64,000 bases of DNA from a virus, in IMG/VR virus record IMGVR_UViG_3300036800_000311, positions 1-64,000 of that record. One strand, written 5' to 3'. The translations under genes and the position numbers were made by a program. This document shows, piece after piece, positions 16,885-27,045 of the stretch. The notes below the pieces were generated by a model. The model was not told the origin of the DNA, did no database searches, and was given only the letters and a program-made list of their open reading frames with translations. Position 1 is the stretch's first letter, and each line of letters begins with the position of its first letter.

Positions 16885-19005
16885 TTGGCCCTTCCGGGAC
16901 CTCCGAGCGCGGGGCGCCTAAACCCGAACCCAAGGTGGCCGTTCTGGGTCGCGCCCATACCCGCGTCCGCCACCTCGGCGTCGCAGGCGCTCGCGCTGAC
17001 CGGCGCGGAGACGTCGCTCTCCGACGACAGCGCGGGAGCAAACGTCCTCCTTCCACGCACCTCGCCGGAGACGACCGCCTCGTCGGACTCCGCGATTCGC
17101 GTTGCCTCCCAGGCTCGGGCGGCGGCGGACGCGACCTCGACCTCCGACGCGGCCGTGAGGAGCCAGGCGCTTCCCCGGACCACCAGCGATGCCTCGGCGT
17201 CCAGCGATGTCGCCTCCCGTCAGCTACTTCTCGCGCGCTCCCCCGCCGACGCGAGCGTCTCTACGGACGCAGCGGTCGGTCAGGTGGGGAAGGCTCGTAC
17301 CTCCGCGGACGCCTCGGCCAGTACCGACTCCGCGACCAGGCTCGCGCTCACGCTCACCCGGACGACCTCGGACGCGACCGCCTCCTCGGACGCCGCGGTC
17401 AGACTCGCGGCCGACGCCCGCTCCGCGCCGGACACGAGCACGTCCTCTGACGCCGCCTCCCGCCTCCTGGCGGCCCCCAGGACCGGGTCCGAGGTATCCG
17501 CCTCCTCCGACGCGGCGGTCCGCTCCGCGCTCCTCCTGGCGCGCTCCGCGACCGACGCCTCGGCGACCTCCGACTCCGCTGCGCGCCTCCTCGCCACGGC
17601 GCGGACCGCCAGCGACGCCTCCGCGACCTCGGACGCGGCCGTCGGCCACCTGGGGAAGGCCCGCACCGCAGCGGACGCCTCCGTGGCGACCGACGTCGCG
17701 ACGCGGGCGCTCGTCGTCGCTCGCTCGTCGTCGGACACGTCCGCGGCCTCGGACGCGGCGACGCGGCTCGCGGTCGCCGCTCGAGCAGCGAGCGAGACGT
17801 CCGCCGAGAGCGACTCCGCCGCCCGCCTGCTCGTGCTCGCCCGATCCGCCGCGGACGCGAGCGCCTCCGTCGACACGGTCGCGCGCTCCGATCCGAAGGC
17901 CAGGACCTCGTCGGACGCGAGCGCCGTCGCCGACTCCGCGACACGTACGCTCGTCGAGGCACGATCCTCCTCGGACACCTCCGCCTCGGCCGACTCCGCA
18001 GCCCGAGGCCTCGTCGAGGCACGATCCTCGGCCGACGCCTCCGCGTCCGCTGACGCCGCGACGAGGCTGACGGCCCAGGCTCGAGCGGCGTCCGACGCCA
18101 GCGTCACGACGGACAGCGCGACGCCGCAGCTCGGGAAGGCTCGGACCGCCAGCGACACGACCGCGTCGACGGACTCCGCCTCGCGGGCGGCGCTGCTTCT
18201 ATCCCGGACCGCCGCCGACGTCTCGGCCTCCTCGGACGCCGCCACGAAGACCCAGCGGGCCGCGCGGACCGCCAGCGACTCGTCGCTGAGCTCCGACCTC
18301 GCCGTCGGCGCGCTCGGGAAGGCCCGCTCGGCCACGGACACCTCCGCCAGCTCGGACGCTGCCACGAGGGCGCTGCCCATAGCCCGGGCCGCGGCGGACG
18401 CCTCCGCGACGTCGGACGCCGCGACTCGTCTCTCGATCGCCGCGCGGACCGCGACGGACCTGACGGCCACCTCCGAGTCTTCGATCAGGGCCGCGCGCCT
18501 CTCGCGAGTCGCCGCCGACACGTCCGCCGCTTCCGACGCGGCGGTACGCGCGGGCGGGCAGGTCGCCCGGCTCGCCGCCGACGCGTCGCTCTCCTCCGAC
18601 GCGACAGCACGGACGTTCTCCATCACCAGGACCGCCGCCGACGCGAGCGCGTCCTCGGATCTCGCCGCCCGCGCCTACGTCCTCTCGCGTGTCGCGTCGG
18701 ACTCCTCCCTCGGGGCCGACTCCGCAGTCCGCCACGTGTCCGTCGCGAGGGCGACCGTCGACGTCTCCGCGGCCGTCGACTCCGCAGCCCTCGGCGGCGG
18801 GACGCGCCTCGCCGCCGACGTGTCCCTCTCGATCGACAGCGCGACGTCCTTCACCCCCGTCGTCTACCCGACCGGCCCAGCGGGATCCGTCGGCGGCGGA
18901 ACGATCGGCCGCGGCTACGGGGGTCGGGTCGGGGTCGGGTCCGGCGGACTCGACGGACGCGGGTATACCGGCCGAGACGGACATCAGATCGGAGGGAGTA
19001 GATGA
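16885..19005 (+). CDS. Ser/Thr/Ala/Asp/Arg tandem-repeat protein, probable virion fibre
   Basis: Roughly 30 repeats of 20-21 aa, consensus AR(T/S)A(S/A)D(A/T)SA(S/T)SD(A/S)A(T/V)R; TTG start inferred. Confidence 0.7.
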   Translation: MALPGPPSAGRLNPNPRWPFWVAPIPASATSASQALALTGAETSLSDDSAGANVLLPRTSPETTASSDSAIRVASQARAAADATSTSDAAVRSQALPRTTSDASASSDVASRQLLLARSPADASVSTDAAVGQVGKARTSADASASTDSATRLALTLTRTTSDATASSDAAVRLAADARSAPDTSTSSDAASRLLAAPRTGSEVSASSDAAVRSALLLARSATDASATSDSAARLLATARTASDASATSDAAVGHLGKARTAADASVATDVATRALVVARSSSDTSAASDAATRLAVAARAASETSAESDSAARLLVLARSAADASASVDTVARSDPKARTSSDASAVADSATRTLVEARSSSDTSASADSAARGLVEARSSADASASADAATRLTAQARAASDASVTTDSATPQLGKARTASDTTASTDSASRAALLLSRTAADVSASSDAATKTQRAARTASDSSLSSDLAVGALGKARSATDTSASSDAATRALPIARAAADASATSDAATRLSIAARTATDLTATSESSIRAARLSRVAADTSAASDAAVRAGGQVARLAADASLSSDATARTFSITRTAADASASSDLAARAYVLSRVASDSSLGADSAVRHVSVARATVDVSAAVDSAALGGGTRLAADVSLSIDSATSFTPVVYPTGPAGSVGGGTIGRGYGGRVGVGSGGLDGRGYTGRDGHQIGGSR

Positions 19006-20000
19006 GCTTCGTCGTCACGCTGGTCGACTACACGCCGCCGCCGCGCTACTCGCCGGTCGTCACGCCCTGGACTCAGGCGCGGATCGGGTACGCGACGACC
19101 CAGGCCGGGCCGTTCGCGAACATCGACCTGATCGCGCTCTCCCCGCTCGACGGGAACGCCGCGACGCCCCAGGTCCGGAACCTCACGACGCTGAGCTCCC
19201 CCGCGCCTACGGGCTGGTTCCAGGTGACGTGGCTCGACGCGCTCGGGAACCAGGCGCCGACGGACCCGGTCTCCTTCCCGCCCGGCGCGACGCTCGGGGC
19301 GGCGTCGCCGTCGCAGCTCTCCGCGCGGTACGCCGTCCGGCATCGCATCCGCGACGGGGTGCCGCTCACGGACGCGAACCCCGTGCCGTACAACATGGTC
19401 CGCCTGGAGGACCTCAGCGATCAGGTCCCGGCCGTCCCGACCCCCGTCCAGGCGACCTTCCAGTGCCGCTACGCGGACATCCCGACGGGCCGCTACATGA
19501 ACGCCGCGGTCGTCCCCGGGACGCTCGTCGCGTTCGTCGACGGATCCTGGACGCCGATCTCGCCGATCGCGGACGTAGACCAGAACGGCAACTTCACCCT
19601 CCCGGTCCCGCCCGTCGCGTCGCTGAGGATCACGTACGCCTGGCAGTACCTCTCCGACGGAGAGATCGACCAGTTCGTCGACGAGTCCCGGCAGTGGCTG
19701 CGGGAGTTCACGGCGGTCACGGGCGTCCCCGACGGTCTCGTCCCCGCGCTCGTATCCTACGCGGCGTCCCGCGCCCTCTCCGCCCTGGCGCGCTCCGCGA
19801 CGCTAGCGCCCGTCAAGGCCGGGGATAGCGACGTCGACTGGAGCAAGCTCGCCGCCGCGTACCAGGCGGAGGCGGCGGTCCAGTACAAGACCGCGAACGA
19901 CGAGCGGACCGCGTACTACTCGATGGGACCAGAGGGACTCGACCCGACCGTCGTCGACTTCTCATCCCTGGGCTTCGGCACGTACACCCCAGAGCGCTGA
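19002..20000 (+). CDS. Head-tail adaptor/connector (putative)
   Basis: 'YLSDGEIDQF...AASRALSALA...VKAGDSDVD' adaptor-like C-terminus; position. Confidence 0.55.
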   Translation: MSFVVTLVDYTPPPRYSPVVTPWTQARIGYATTQAGPFANIDLIALSPLDGNAATPQVRNLTTLSSPAPTGWFQVTWLDALGNQAPTDPVSFPPGATLGAASPSQLSARYAVRHRIRDGVPLTDANPVPYNMVRLEDLSDQVPAVPTPVQATFQCRYADIPTGRYMNAAVVPGTLVAFVDGSWTPISPIADVDQNGNFTLPVPPVASLRITYAWQYLSDGEIDQFVDESRQWLREFTAVTGVPDGLVPALVSYAASRALSALARSATLAPVKAGDSDVDWSKLAAAYQAEAAVQYKTANDERTAYYSMGPEGLDPTVVDFSSLGFGTYTPER

Positions 20001-20051
20001 TCGGTCGCCGCTCCCGCCGCTAGCCTTCGGGCTACGAGAGGAAGGAACGAG

Positions 20052-20399
20052 TTGTCCGAAGAAGAGCAGGACCCGCAGCAGGACCCGCAGGTAGGCGCCC
20101 TCGCCAGTCGCGTCCACGTCGCGCTCCGCGCCTTCTCGGCGCTGAACATGGGCGTCGCCGACGGAGAGCTGGGCTACGCCCCGCCGGAGAACTGGCTCGC
20201 GGAGGGTCACATCGGAGCCCTGACGCGCCTCCTCGTCGAGGCCGGGATCCTCGAGGAGCGCGCCGTCCTCCTGGAGACGCTCAGGCAGCAGGCGGTCATC
20301 CTGGAGCGCGGGCTCTCGGAGGCCGCGGAGCATCTCCGCGGACGCTCCGGCCTGGTCGTCGCACACAGCCATCCTCGCAACGGGCGGCCCCAGGGATGA
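20052..20399 (+). CDS. Hypothetical protein
   Basis: GGAAGGA RBS, TTG start. Confidence 0.55.
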   Translation: MSEEEQDPQQDPQVGALASRVHVALRAFSALNMGVADGELGYAPPENWLAEGHIGALTRLLVEAGILEERAVLLETLRQQAVILERGLSEAAEHLRGRSGLVVAHSHPRNGRPQG

Positions 20400-21151
20400 G
20401 GGTCGCCGTCGGGGCTCCCGTCGGGGACGATCGCGCCGAGATCCTGCCGCGCTGGCTCGCGGGCCTGCACGCGCAGAGCGTCCGGCCGGAGGTCCTCTGC
20501 GGCGTCTACTCCCAGGGGGCGAGCGCCGTCCGCTCCGCGCTCCTCGACCAGTCCCTCTTCACCGTCCGGGCGAGGGCGACGCACCTCCCGTTCCATCCCC
20601 GCGCCCAGCGCAACGACGACCCGAGGGATCCCTGGCGGGCGCGGCACATGGCGAACCTCCGGAACGAGCTCCGCGGGCTCTTCCTAGCGACCGACTGCGA
20701 CGTCTTCCTCTCCCTTGACACGGATATCCTCCTGGAGGAGCCGACGGTCGTCGAGCGGCTCTGCGCGACGCTCTCCGAGGGATGGGACGTCGCCTGCGCG
20801 CTGACCTACCTCAGCCCCAAGGGCGCCGAGTCCGGCTGCTACAACGCCGGGTACCTGCCGACCGACGAGCCGCGGGCGATGTCGCGCGTCTGGGAGCGCG
20901 CGACTCAGTACCAGGCCACGCGGGAGCCGCCGGTCAAGATCGACGTCCCGATGGCGGCCTACGCGATCCGTCGCCACGCCATGGCGATGTGCCGCTACTA
21001 CCCCCACGACTGCGGCGAGGACATCGGCTTCGCGGACTGCCTCAAGCGGCACAACCTGCGGGTCGGCTGGCGAACCGACGTCGAGGTACGACACGTCTGG
21101 AACGTCGCGAAGCACGCGGTCCCTGTCGGAGCGACGGGAGGAGACGGATGA
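20396..21151 (+). CDS. Glycosyltransferase, GT-A fold
   Basis: MANLRN...FLSLDTDIL (DxD), GEDIGF. Confidence 0.75.
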   Translation: MRVAVGAPVGDDRAEILPRWLAGLHAQSVRPEVLCGVYSQGASAVRSALLDQSLFTVRARATHLPFHPRAQRNDDPRDPWRARHMANLRNELRGLFLATDCDVFLSLDTDILLEEPTVVERLCATLSEGWDVACALTYLSPKGAESGCYNAGYLPTDEPRAMSRVWERATQYQATREPPVKIDVPMAAYAIRRHAMAMCRYYPHDCGEDIGFADCLKRHNLRVGWRTDVEVRHVWNVAKHAVPVGATGGDG

Positions 21152-21294
21152 TTCTTAGGCAGGCGTTCTGGGCGCTCGCGGGCCTCCTGGAGAACCCGAC
21201 GAGCACGTTCGGCCGGGTGATGTGGGTGCTCATCGCGGGGCTGCTCGCGGTGATCCTGTTCGTCCTCGCGGTCCACGCGGGAGGAGGGTTCTGA
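21148..21294 (+). CDS. Small membrane protein
   Basis: Single hydrophobic segment; coupled. Confidence 0.5.
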   Translation: MILRQAFWALAGLLENPTSTFGRVMWVLIAGLLAVILFVLAVHAGGGF

Positions 21295-21572
21295 TGGCTC
21301 ACCTGGACTTCGCGGAGGTCCGCACGCACGACTCGCGCTTCACCCGCGGGTACGAGGCCGGATACTTCCAGGCGAAGATCGAGGATCGCCGGGGCTTCTC
21401 GCGGCGCGTCCTGGCGGAGCACTGGGAGTCCCTCGGGATGATCCTCGCCGGGACGCGGGCGACCGTCGAGGTCTCCGCCCCGACCGTCGGCCAGTACGGC
21501 GTCCCGTGGGTCGAGGTGACCGTCGCCTTCCCGCCGAGCCTCGACGAGGTCGCCCCGAGGGTGATCCGCTGA
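21294..21572 (+). CDS. Hypothetical protein
   Basis: TGATG coupling. Confidence 0.55.
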   Translation: MAHLDFAEVRTHDSRFTRGYEAGYFQAKIEDRRGFSRRVLAEHWESLGMILAGTRATVEVSAPTVGQYGVPWVEVTVAFPPSLDEVAPRVIR

Positions 21573-21745
21573 TGCCGCCGACGGACGCCCTCCGCTTTGA
21601 GATCTCGATGACCGAGACGGAGCCGTTTGTCCGGCTCGTCGAGTTCGTCGGCGAGGTCGTGGAGCACGCGATCCGGGGCGACGACCCGGCGCTCTGGGAC
21701 ATCTGTCGGCGCCTCAACGACGACCTGCTGGAGATCCACCCGTGA
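21572..21745 (+). CDS. Small hypothetical protein
   Basis: TGATG coupling. Confidence 0.5.
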   Translation: MPPTDALRFEISMTETEPFVRLVEFVGEVVEHAIRGDDPALWDICRRLNDDLLEIHP

Positions 21746-22836
21746 CCCGCCTCGGCGGGGACCCGTTCTCCATCGTCACCCCCACGGCCTCGGCCGACGG
21801 GTACGGCGTCTCCGGGGAGGCCCTCGTCCTCTCCGCCGTCCGCGAGCACGGCGCGGACATCGCGGTTATCGGTCACGACTGGGCCGATGAGCGCTACTGC
21901 GACCCGGACTTCCTGGCGCTGAAGGTCGACCGGTACCTCGCCGACGCCCACGACCTCCTCGTCCTCTACTTCCTGCCGTACGCGCTCGCCCAGTACTCCT
22001 CGCGGATCAACGTCCTCCAGACGATGTGGGAGACGGACCGCCTGCCGGACCGCTGGGCTCACCTGTGCAGGCTCGCGGACGGGATCGTCGTTCCGTCCGA
22101 GCACTGCCGAGAGGTCTTCGCCGAGCGCGTCGAGTGCCCCGTCGAGGTCGTCCCGTTCGGCACCGACACGGACCTGTACTCGGTCGTCTCGCGGATCGGG
22201 CGAGAGGGACCGTTCACGTTCCTGATGGCGGGCCTCCTCCACTACCGGAAGGGCGTCGAGTTCGCGCTCCGCGCCTTCCGCGAGGAGTTCGCGGCGAGCG
22301 AGCCCGTCGAGCTGGTCCTGAAGACCCGCCGCGGCTTCCTCGACGTCGGGTCGTCGGCGTCCGTCCTCAGCGACGAGCGCGTCCGGGTCATCGACGCGGA
22401 CTACACCCGCGAGGAGATGCGCGACCTCTACCATCGCGCGGATTGCTTCCTGGCCCCCTCGCGCGGCGAGGGCTCGGGCCTGACCCCGCGCGACGCGATG
22501 TCGACGGGCCTCCCGGCGATCGTCACGGACTGGGGCGGACTCCGGGAGCTGGCCGAAGTCGGCGTCGCCCTCGAGGTCGAGGACCTGGAGGTCGCCCCGA
22601 GGGAGAACTCCTCCTACGGCGCGGGCGTGACCGGCGGCGGAGATATCGGCCGCTTCGCTCGGCCGTCGGTCTCCCACCTCCGCGAGACGATGCGCGAGAT
22701 GTACGAGGGGACGCACTGGCGGACCCTCGTGGGCGCCGGGTGCGCCGTACAGATGCGCAGGCAGTACACCTGGGGGCGCTGCGCGGGCGAGTGGCTCGCG
22801 GCGCTGGAGCGACTATCCGCAAGGACGGCGGCATGA
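21742..22836 (+). CDS. Glycosyltransferase family 4 (GT-B)
   Basis: TMWETD, YRKG, ADCFLAPSRGEGSGLTPRDAMSTGLPAIVT. Confidence 0.9.
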   Translation: MTRLGGDPFSIVTPTASADGYGVSGEALVLSAVREHGADIAVIGHDWADERYCDPDFLALKVDRYLADAHDLLVLYFLPYALAQYSSRINVLQTMWETDRLPDRWAHLCRLADGIVVPSEHCREVFAERVECPVEVVPFGTDTDLYSVVSRIGREGPFTFLMAGLLHYRKGVEFALRAFREEFAASEPVELVLKTRRGFLDVGSSASVLSDERVRVIDADYTREEMRDLYHRADCFLAPSRGEGSGLTPRDAMSTGLPAIVTDWGGLRELAEVGVALEVEDLEVAPRENSSYGAGVTGGGDIGRFARPSVSHLRETMREMYEGTHWRTLVGAGCAVQMRRQYTWGRCAGEWLAALERLSARTAA

Positions 22837-23189
22837 GCTATCGAGTCAACCCTGACCACATCTGCGAGACCGAGGGGTGCCGCGCGCCGCGGGTGATCGG
22901 CTCCGACCTCTGCTCTGCCTGCGCGAGATGCAAGGGTCAGGTCGCCGCTCGGATCGCGGAGCGCGCCGACGAGATCGCCGCTCGGGACGCGATGGCCGAG
23001 GGCGTCCTCCATCCCGCCGCCGCCGACCTCCTCGGGGGACAGGGTGAGGCGAGGCCGCCGCGCTGCGTCGCCTACCTCTCGCGAGCGGGGGACGTCATCA
23101 CGCTGGAGCTGACCGGGGAGCCGCGCTTCACGGAGGCGGACGTGGACCTCTGCGCGAAGGCCCTGGCGCGCAAGGCGTGCGGGTGCTGA
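22833..23189 (+). CDS. Cys-rich hypothetical protein
   Basis: Coupled ORF with a Cys cluster. Confidence 0.5.
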   Translation: MSYRVNPDHICETEGCRAPRVIGSDLCSACARCKGQVAARIAERADEIAARDAMAEGVLHPAAADLLGGQGEARPPRCVAYLSRAGDVITLELTGEPRFTEADVDLCAKALARKACGC

Positions 23190-23193
23190 TCTC

Positions 23194-24633
23194 GTGACCC
23201 CGATCTGGGCCATGACGCTCGTCGGGCAGAACCCGGAGCCGTTCCTGGAGGCCGCGCTCCGATCCGTCGACTGGGTGGATGGGTACGCCGTCGTCAACAC
23301 GGACCCCGAGGGCCGAGGGGCCACGAACGAGGCGATCATCCGCAGGGTCGTCGACCGGGAGAGGCTTCGCGTCGATCGCCTCTGGATGAGCTCCCGCGGC
23401 TTCGACTTCGCGAAGGCCCGGAACGCCGCGCTGGCGATGATCCCCGAGGACGCGTACGTCCTGATCGTCGACGCGGACGAGGTCTACTACTCGGAGTTCG
23501 AGGCGGAGGCACGACGACTGATCGCCCACGGGCACGACTCGATCACGAGTCACTACTTCCACCTCGCGGTCCGGAAGGACCTGCTTCACTCCGAGCGCGA
23601 CCGGGAGATCCTATTCCGCAACGGCCCCGGCGTCCGGTTCGAGAGCGGCGTCCACGAGCGGCTCGTCCATCCTCGCGCCAAGCCCGTCGTCGCCCGCGGC
23701 TACCACGGGGCGCACTACGGATACATCAAGACGCCCCGCGAGGTCGCGGCTCGCTGGGAGTTCTACCGCTCCCTCGGCTCCGAGGTCCACGACTACGACG
23801 CCTCGCAGCCGGATCGGGCGCTGGACGACTGGCCGCGGGTCTGTCGTCCGTTCTGGCGAGAGCATCCGCCCGCGGTCCGCGAGGTGCTGGAGTCCTACCC
23901 GAGCACGCCTCCTCGCCACCGCGAGGGACCCACGGCGACTCTCCTCGTCCTGCTCACCTGGGACGACGCGGAGAACCTCCGCAAGTGCCTGGCCTCGCTC
24001 TGGACCACCGACACCCCGTTCTGGCTGGTCGCGGTAGACAACGGCTCGACAGACGAGACGCTCAACGTCCTCCGGGAGTACCAGGATCGCGTACAGGGGG
24101 GAGACGTCACCGGAGATGGGCCTTGCCGCCAGTTCTGGATCAAGCAGCGCCCGGGACTCTCGCTCGCGCAGGCACTGAACGTCGGCTTCTCCGATATGGA
24201 CCACCTGACTGGCGACTACACGCCGCCCTACATCGGCTGGATCCACCCGGACATGACCTTCGACTGGCCGGACTGGCTCGGACGCCTCCGCGACGCGATG
24301 GACGAGCACCCTGAGTGGGTCAAGCTCGGAGCGCAGGAGGCCCACGACGGGAACCGCGAGCTCCGCCCGGGGAACTCACAGTGCTACATCGTCCGCCGGA
24401 CCGCGCTGGAGAAGGTCGGCCTCTTCGACGAGCGCTTCCTCGCGTGCGGCGGATATGAAGACTGGGAGATGAACTCCAGGCTCCTGACCGTCGGCGAGGT
24501 GATGATCCTCCCGGAGGCGATGATCCGGCACGAGGCGATGAGCACCCGTGCGCGCCACGACAACACCGACGCGGCCCGGCGGAACGCGGACCTCTATCAC
24601 GAGATCGTCGGGCAGTGGGAGGCGGTCGTATGA
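23194..24633 (+). CDS. Tandem two-domain glycosyltransferase family 2
   Basis: Domain 1 DFAKARN..VDADE..VHE; domain 2 VDNGSTD...GLFDERF...YEDWE. Confidence 0.9.
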   Translation: MTPIWAMTLVGQNPEPFLEAALRSVDWVDGYAVVNTDPEGRGATNEAIIRRVVDRERLRVDRLWMSSRGFDFAKARNAALAMIPEDAYVLIVDADEVYYSEFEAEARRLIAHGHDSITSHYFHLAVRKDLLHSERDREILFRNGPGVRFESGVHERLVHPRAKPVVARGYHGAHYGYIKTPREVAARWEFYRSLGSEVHDYDASQPDRALDDWPRVCRPFWREHPPAVREVLESYPSTPPRHREGPTATLLVLLTWDDAENLRKCLASLWTTDTPFWLVAVDNGSTDETLNVLREYQDRVQGGDVTGDGPCRQFWIKQRPGLSLAQALNVGFSDMDHLTGDYTPPYIGWIHPDMTFDWPDWLGRLRDAMDEHPEWVKLGAQEAHDGNRELRPGNSQCYIVRRTALEKVGLFDERFLACGGYEDWEMNSRLLTVGEVMILPEAMIRHEAMSTRARHDNTDAARRNADLYHEIVGQWEAVV

Positions 24634-25058
24634 GCGGTTCCGCCGGAACGACCTCGCCGCCCGCGACGATCAAGGTCCACCGGACGATCCACGACGACCT
24701 CATCGCGCACGCTCGAGAGGAGTCCCCCCGCGAGTGCTGCGGTCTGCTGGTCGGACTCGACGGCCTCGCGTGTCGGGCCTACCGCACGACGAACGTCGCC
24801 GCCGACCCCGTCGGCGGGTTCGAGATCGCCGCGGACGAGGCCCGGGCGATCGAGGCGGAGGCGAGCGCTGCGGGCCTGGGGATCGTCGCCTCCTACCACT
24901 CGCACCCGGCGGCCCGCGCCATCCCGTCGGCCAGCGACCGCGAGATGGGCCGCGCGGACGTCGTCCAGATCATCGTCGGGATGCACCCGAACCTCGTCGT
25001 CCGCGCCTTCCGCGCGGACGAGTACCGAGTCGAGGACGTACCCCTGGAGGTGTTCTAG
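24630..25058 (+). CDS. JAB/MPN+ (Mov34, M67) metalloprotease
   Basis: PRECCGLL and YHSHPAARAIPSASD give a complete E...HxH-x7-S-x2-D motif. Confidence 0.9.
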   Translation: MSGSAGTTSPPATIKVHRTIHDDLIAHAREESPRECCGLLVGLDGLACRAYRTTNVAADPVGGFEIAADEARAIEAEASAAGLGIVASYHSHPAARAIPSASDREMGRADVVQIIVGMHPNLVVRAFRADEYRVEDVPLEVF

Positions 25059-25059
25059 A

Positions 25060-25407
25060 TTGGGCTGGAGAAGTCGTTACGTAACGCGGGACCAACTCGA
25101 AGACGCGGTCTCGAAACTAAACAGGAGGATGGAAGCCATGGGCACATCTGAGCAGAGCCAGATCGACGCGATCACCACGGAGCTGGGCACCGTCGCGACC
25201 AACGTGGAGGGGCTCAGCGGCGACCTCGCGACGGCGCAGACGACCCTCCAGGCGGAGATCGACTCGCTGGCCGCGGGGAACCCCGTCAACGTCACCCAGC
25301 TCCAGGCCGCGGCGGACGCGCTCGCCCCGGCGGTCGCGGCCGCGGACGCCTCCGCGAAGGCGCTCGCCGGACTCGTCCCGACCCCGCCGCCCGCGCCGAC
25401 GGCGTAG
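25060..25407 (+). CDS. Coiled-coil hypothetical protein
   Basis: Ala-rich heptads; alternative start 25129/25138 after AGGAGG. Confidence 0.55.
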   Translation: MGWRSRYVTRDQLEDAVSKLNRRMEAMGTSEQSQIDAITTELGTVATNVEGLSGDLATAQTTLQAEIDSLAAGNPVNVTQLQAAADALAPAVAAADASAKALAGLVPTPPPAPTA

Positions 25408-25413
25408 TCGATC

Positions 25414-26373
25414 GTGCGCGTCGGCCTGCTCACCTCCTGGCGCGTCCCCTGCGGCGTCGGCCAGTACTCCGCGAGGCTCGCCGACGCCCTCGCCCGCCTG
25501 CCCGACGTGGATCCCGTAATCCTCGCCGGGCGGGCGGACGAGCATCGCTCCGTCCCGGAGGAGTCCGAGCACGAGGTCCACGACGCCGCGAAGATCGGCC
25601 TCTGGCGCGACGACGGCGCGTACTCGATGCGGATCAACGACATCGCCGCGCTGGAACTCGACGTCATCCACGTCCAGTACCAGTCGATGCTCTTCCAGCA
25701 GCCGTGCCTCGCGCGGCTCGCGTCCCGGTTCCGCGGGGAGGGGCCGATGGCGATCACCTTCCACGACAACTGCCAGCGGCCCGACTTCCCCTACCCGATC
25801 TTCGACCTCCAGTTCTCTCACCGCTGGAACATCGGCCCGCCGAACGTCGAGGTCATCCCGTTCCCCGTCGAGGAGCGTCCGCTCGTCGTCCGCTCCTTCG
25901 GACTCGGCCGGACCCGCGACGACTACGTCGGCCCGATCTGCGCGCGCCGCGGCTGGGTCTTCGAGTCTGCCGCGTCCCACGAGCCGATCCACGGCGGCGG
26001 GCAGGCGTGGCGGACCCACGAGGACCTGATCGCGTGGCTCCGGGGGGCGGACGCGATCGTCCTCTGGTACGACGACAACGGCATGGCCGGATCCTCGCAG
26101 GCGGTGAGGACCGCGATGGCCGCTCGCCGCCCGGTGATCACGAACGATACGACCTGGTTCTCGGACATGCCGAACCGGGCGACGGGCTACCAGAAGGTCC
26201 ACGACCTCGACCAGCTGGAGGGAGCCGTCGAGGACGCCTGCGGCAACTCGTTCGTCCGCGCCAACTCCTGGGACCTGGTCGCCGCCCGGCTCGTCGAGAG
26301 GTACTGCTCCGCGATGGTCCCCAGGGCCGCCTCCTCGTCCGCCTCGCGCCCTCCGGCGTCGTCCGCGGCCTAA
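25414..26373 (+). CDS. Glycosyltransferase (GT-B)
   Basis: CGVGQYSARL, DVIHVQY, SSQAVRTAMAARRPVIT, SWDLVA. Confidence 0.8.
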   Translation: MRVGLLTSWRVPCGVGQYSARLADALARLPDVDPVILAGRADEHRSVPEESEHEVHDAAKIGLWRDDGAYSMRINDIAALELDVIHVQYQSMLFQQPCLARLASRFRGEGPMAITFHDNCQRPDFPYPIFDLQFSHRWNIGPPNVEVIPFPVEERPLVVRSFGLGRTRDDYVGPICARRGWVFESAASHEPIHGGGQAWRTHEDLIAWLRGADAIVLWYDDNGMAGSSQAVRTAMAARRPVITNDTTWFSDMPNRATGYQKVHDLDQLEGAVEDACGNSFVRANSWDLVAARLVERYCSAMVPRAASSSASRPPASSAA

Positions 26374-26394
26374 CCCCTCGCCCGCGCGACCCGG

Positions 26395-27045
26395 ATGCGT
26401 AGCGGTCCTTACGTGGCGTCGAGGGTGGCGGTCTGCGTCCCGACGTTCGACCTTCGGAACGGCCGCGCCCGGGCGCTCCTCGCCTCGGTCCAGGCGTACA
26501 CCGACGCGGACTGGGAGCCGTACGTCGTCGACGGACACGGACGACTCTGCGGACCTGATCATCAGGTCGCCTACGTCCGACGGCAGAACGAGGCGATGGC
26601 GCTCGGGGTCGAGGGCGGGGCGGACTACCTCCTGGCGGTCAACGACGACGTCCTCGTCTCGCCCGGGTGGCTTCCTCCGCTCCTCGATGCGCTCCGCGAC
26701 GGGGCGTGGTGCGCGACTCCGGACATGACGCACGCCGACGGTCTTCAGGTCTTCGCTCCGTACGCGATGCTCTGGCGATCCGGGGCGTGGGAGGAGATCG
26801 GCGGGCTGGACGAGCGGTTCGTTCACTGGGCGTCGGACGTCGACATCGCCCGGAGGCTCTTCGAGGCGGGTCATCCGCCGGTCAAGGTCTTCCTCTCGCC
26901 CCCGATCCGCCACGAACTCGGAGCGACGGGCAACGAGCAGCCGAGTCTCGGCCCCGTCTGCATGGCCGACCTGCTCCGCTACGAGCAGAAGTGGGGCTGC
27001 TCCGCCGAGGAGGACAAGTTCCGGATGGCGAGGGCCGCGACGTGA
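26395..27045 (+). CDS. Glycosyltransferase family 2
   Basis: YLLAVNDDV, IGGLDERF..WASDVD. Confidence 0.85.
   Translation: MRSGPYVASRVAVCVPTFDLRNGRARALLASVQAYTDADWEPYVVDGHGRLCGPDHQVAYVRRQNEAMALGVEGGADYLLAVNDDVLVSPGWLPPLLDALRDGAWCATPDMTHADGLQVFAPYAMLWRSGAWEEIGGLDERFVHWASDVDIARRLFEAGHPPVKVFLSPPIRHELGATGNEQPSLGPVCMADLLRYEQKWGCSAEEDKFRMARAAT

Noticed and set aside
16990-18850. Periodic ~60-nt repeats as a possible CRISPR array
   Set aside because: Degenerate at the DNA level and conserved at the protein level; no repeat-spacer structure and no cas genes
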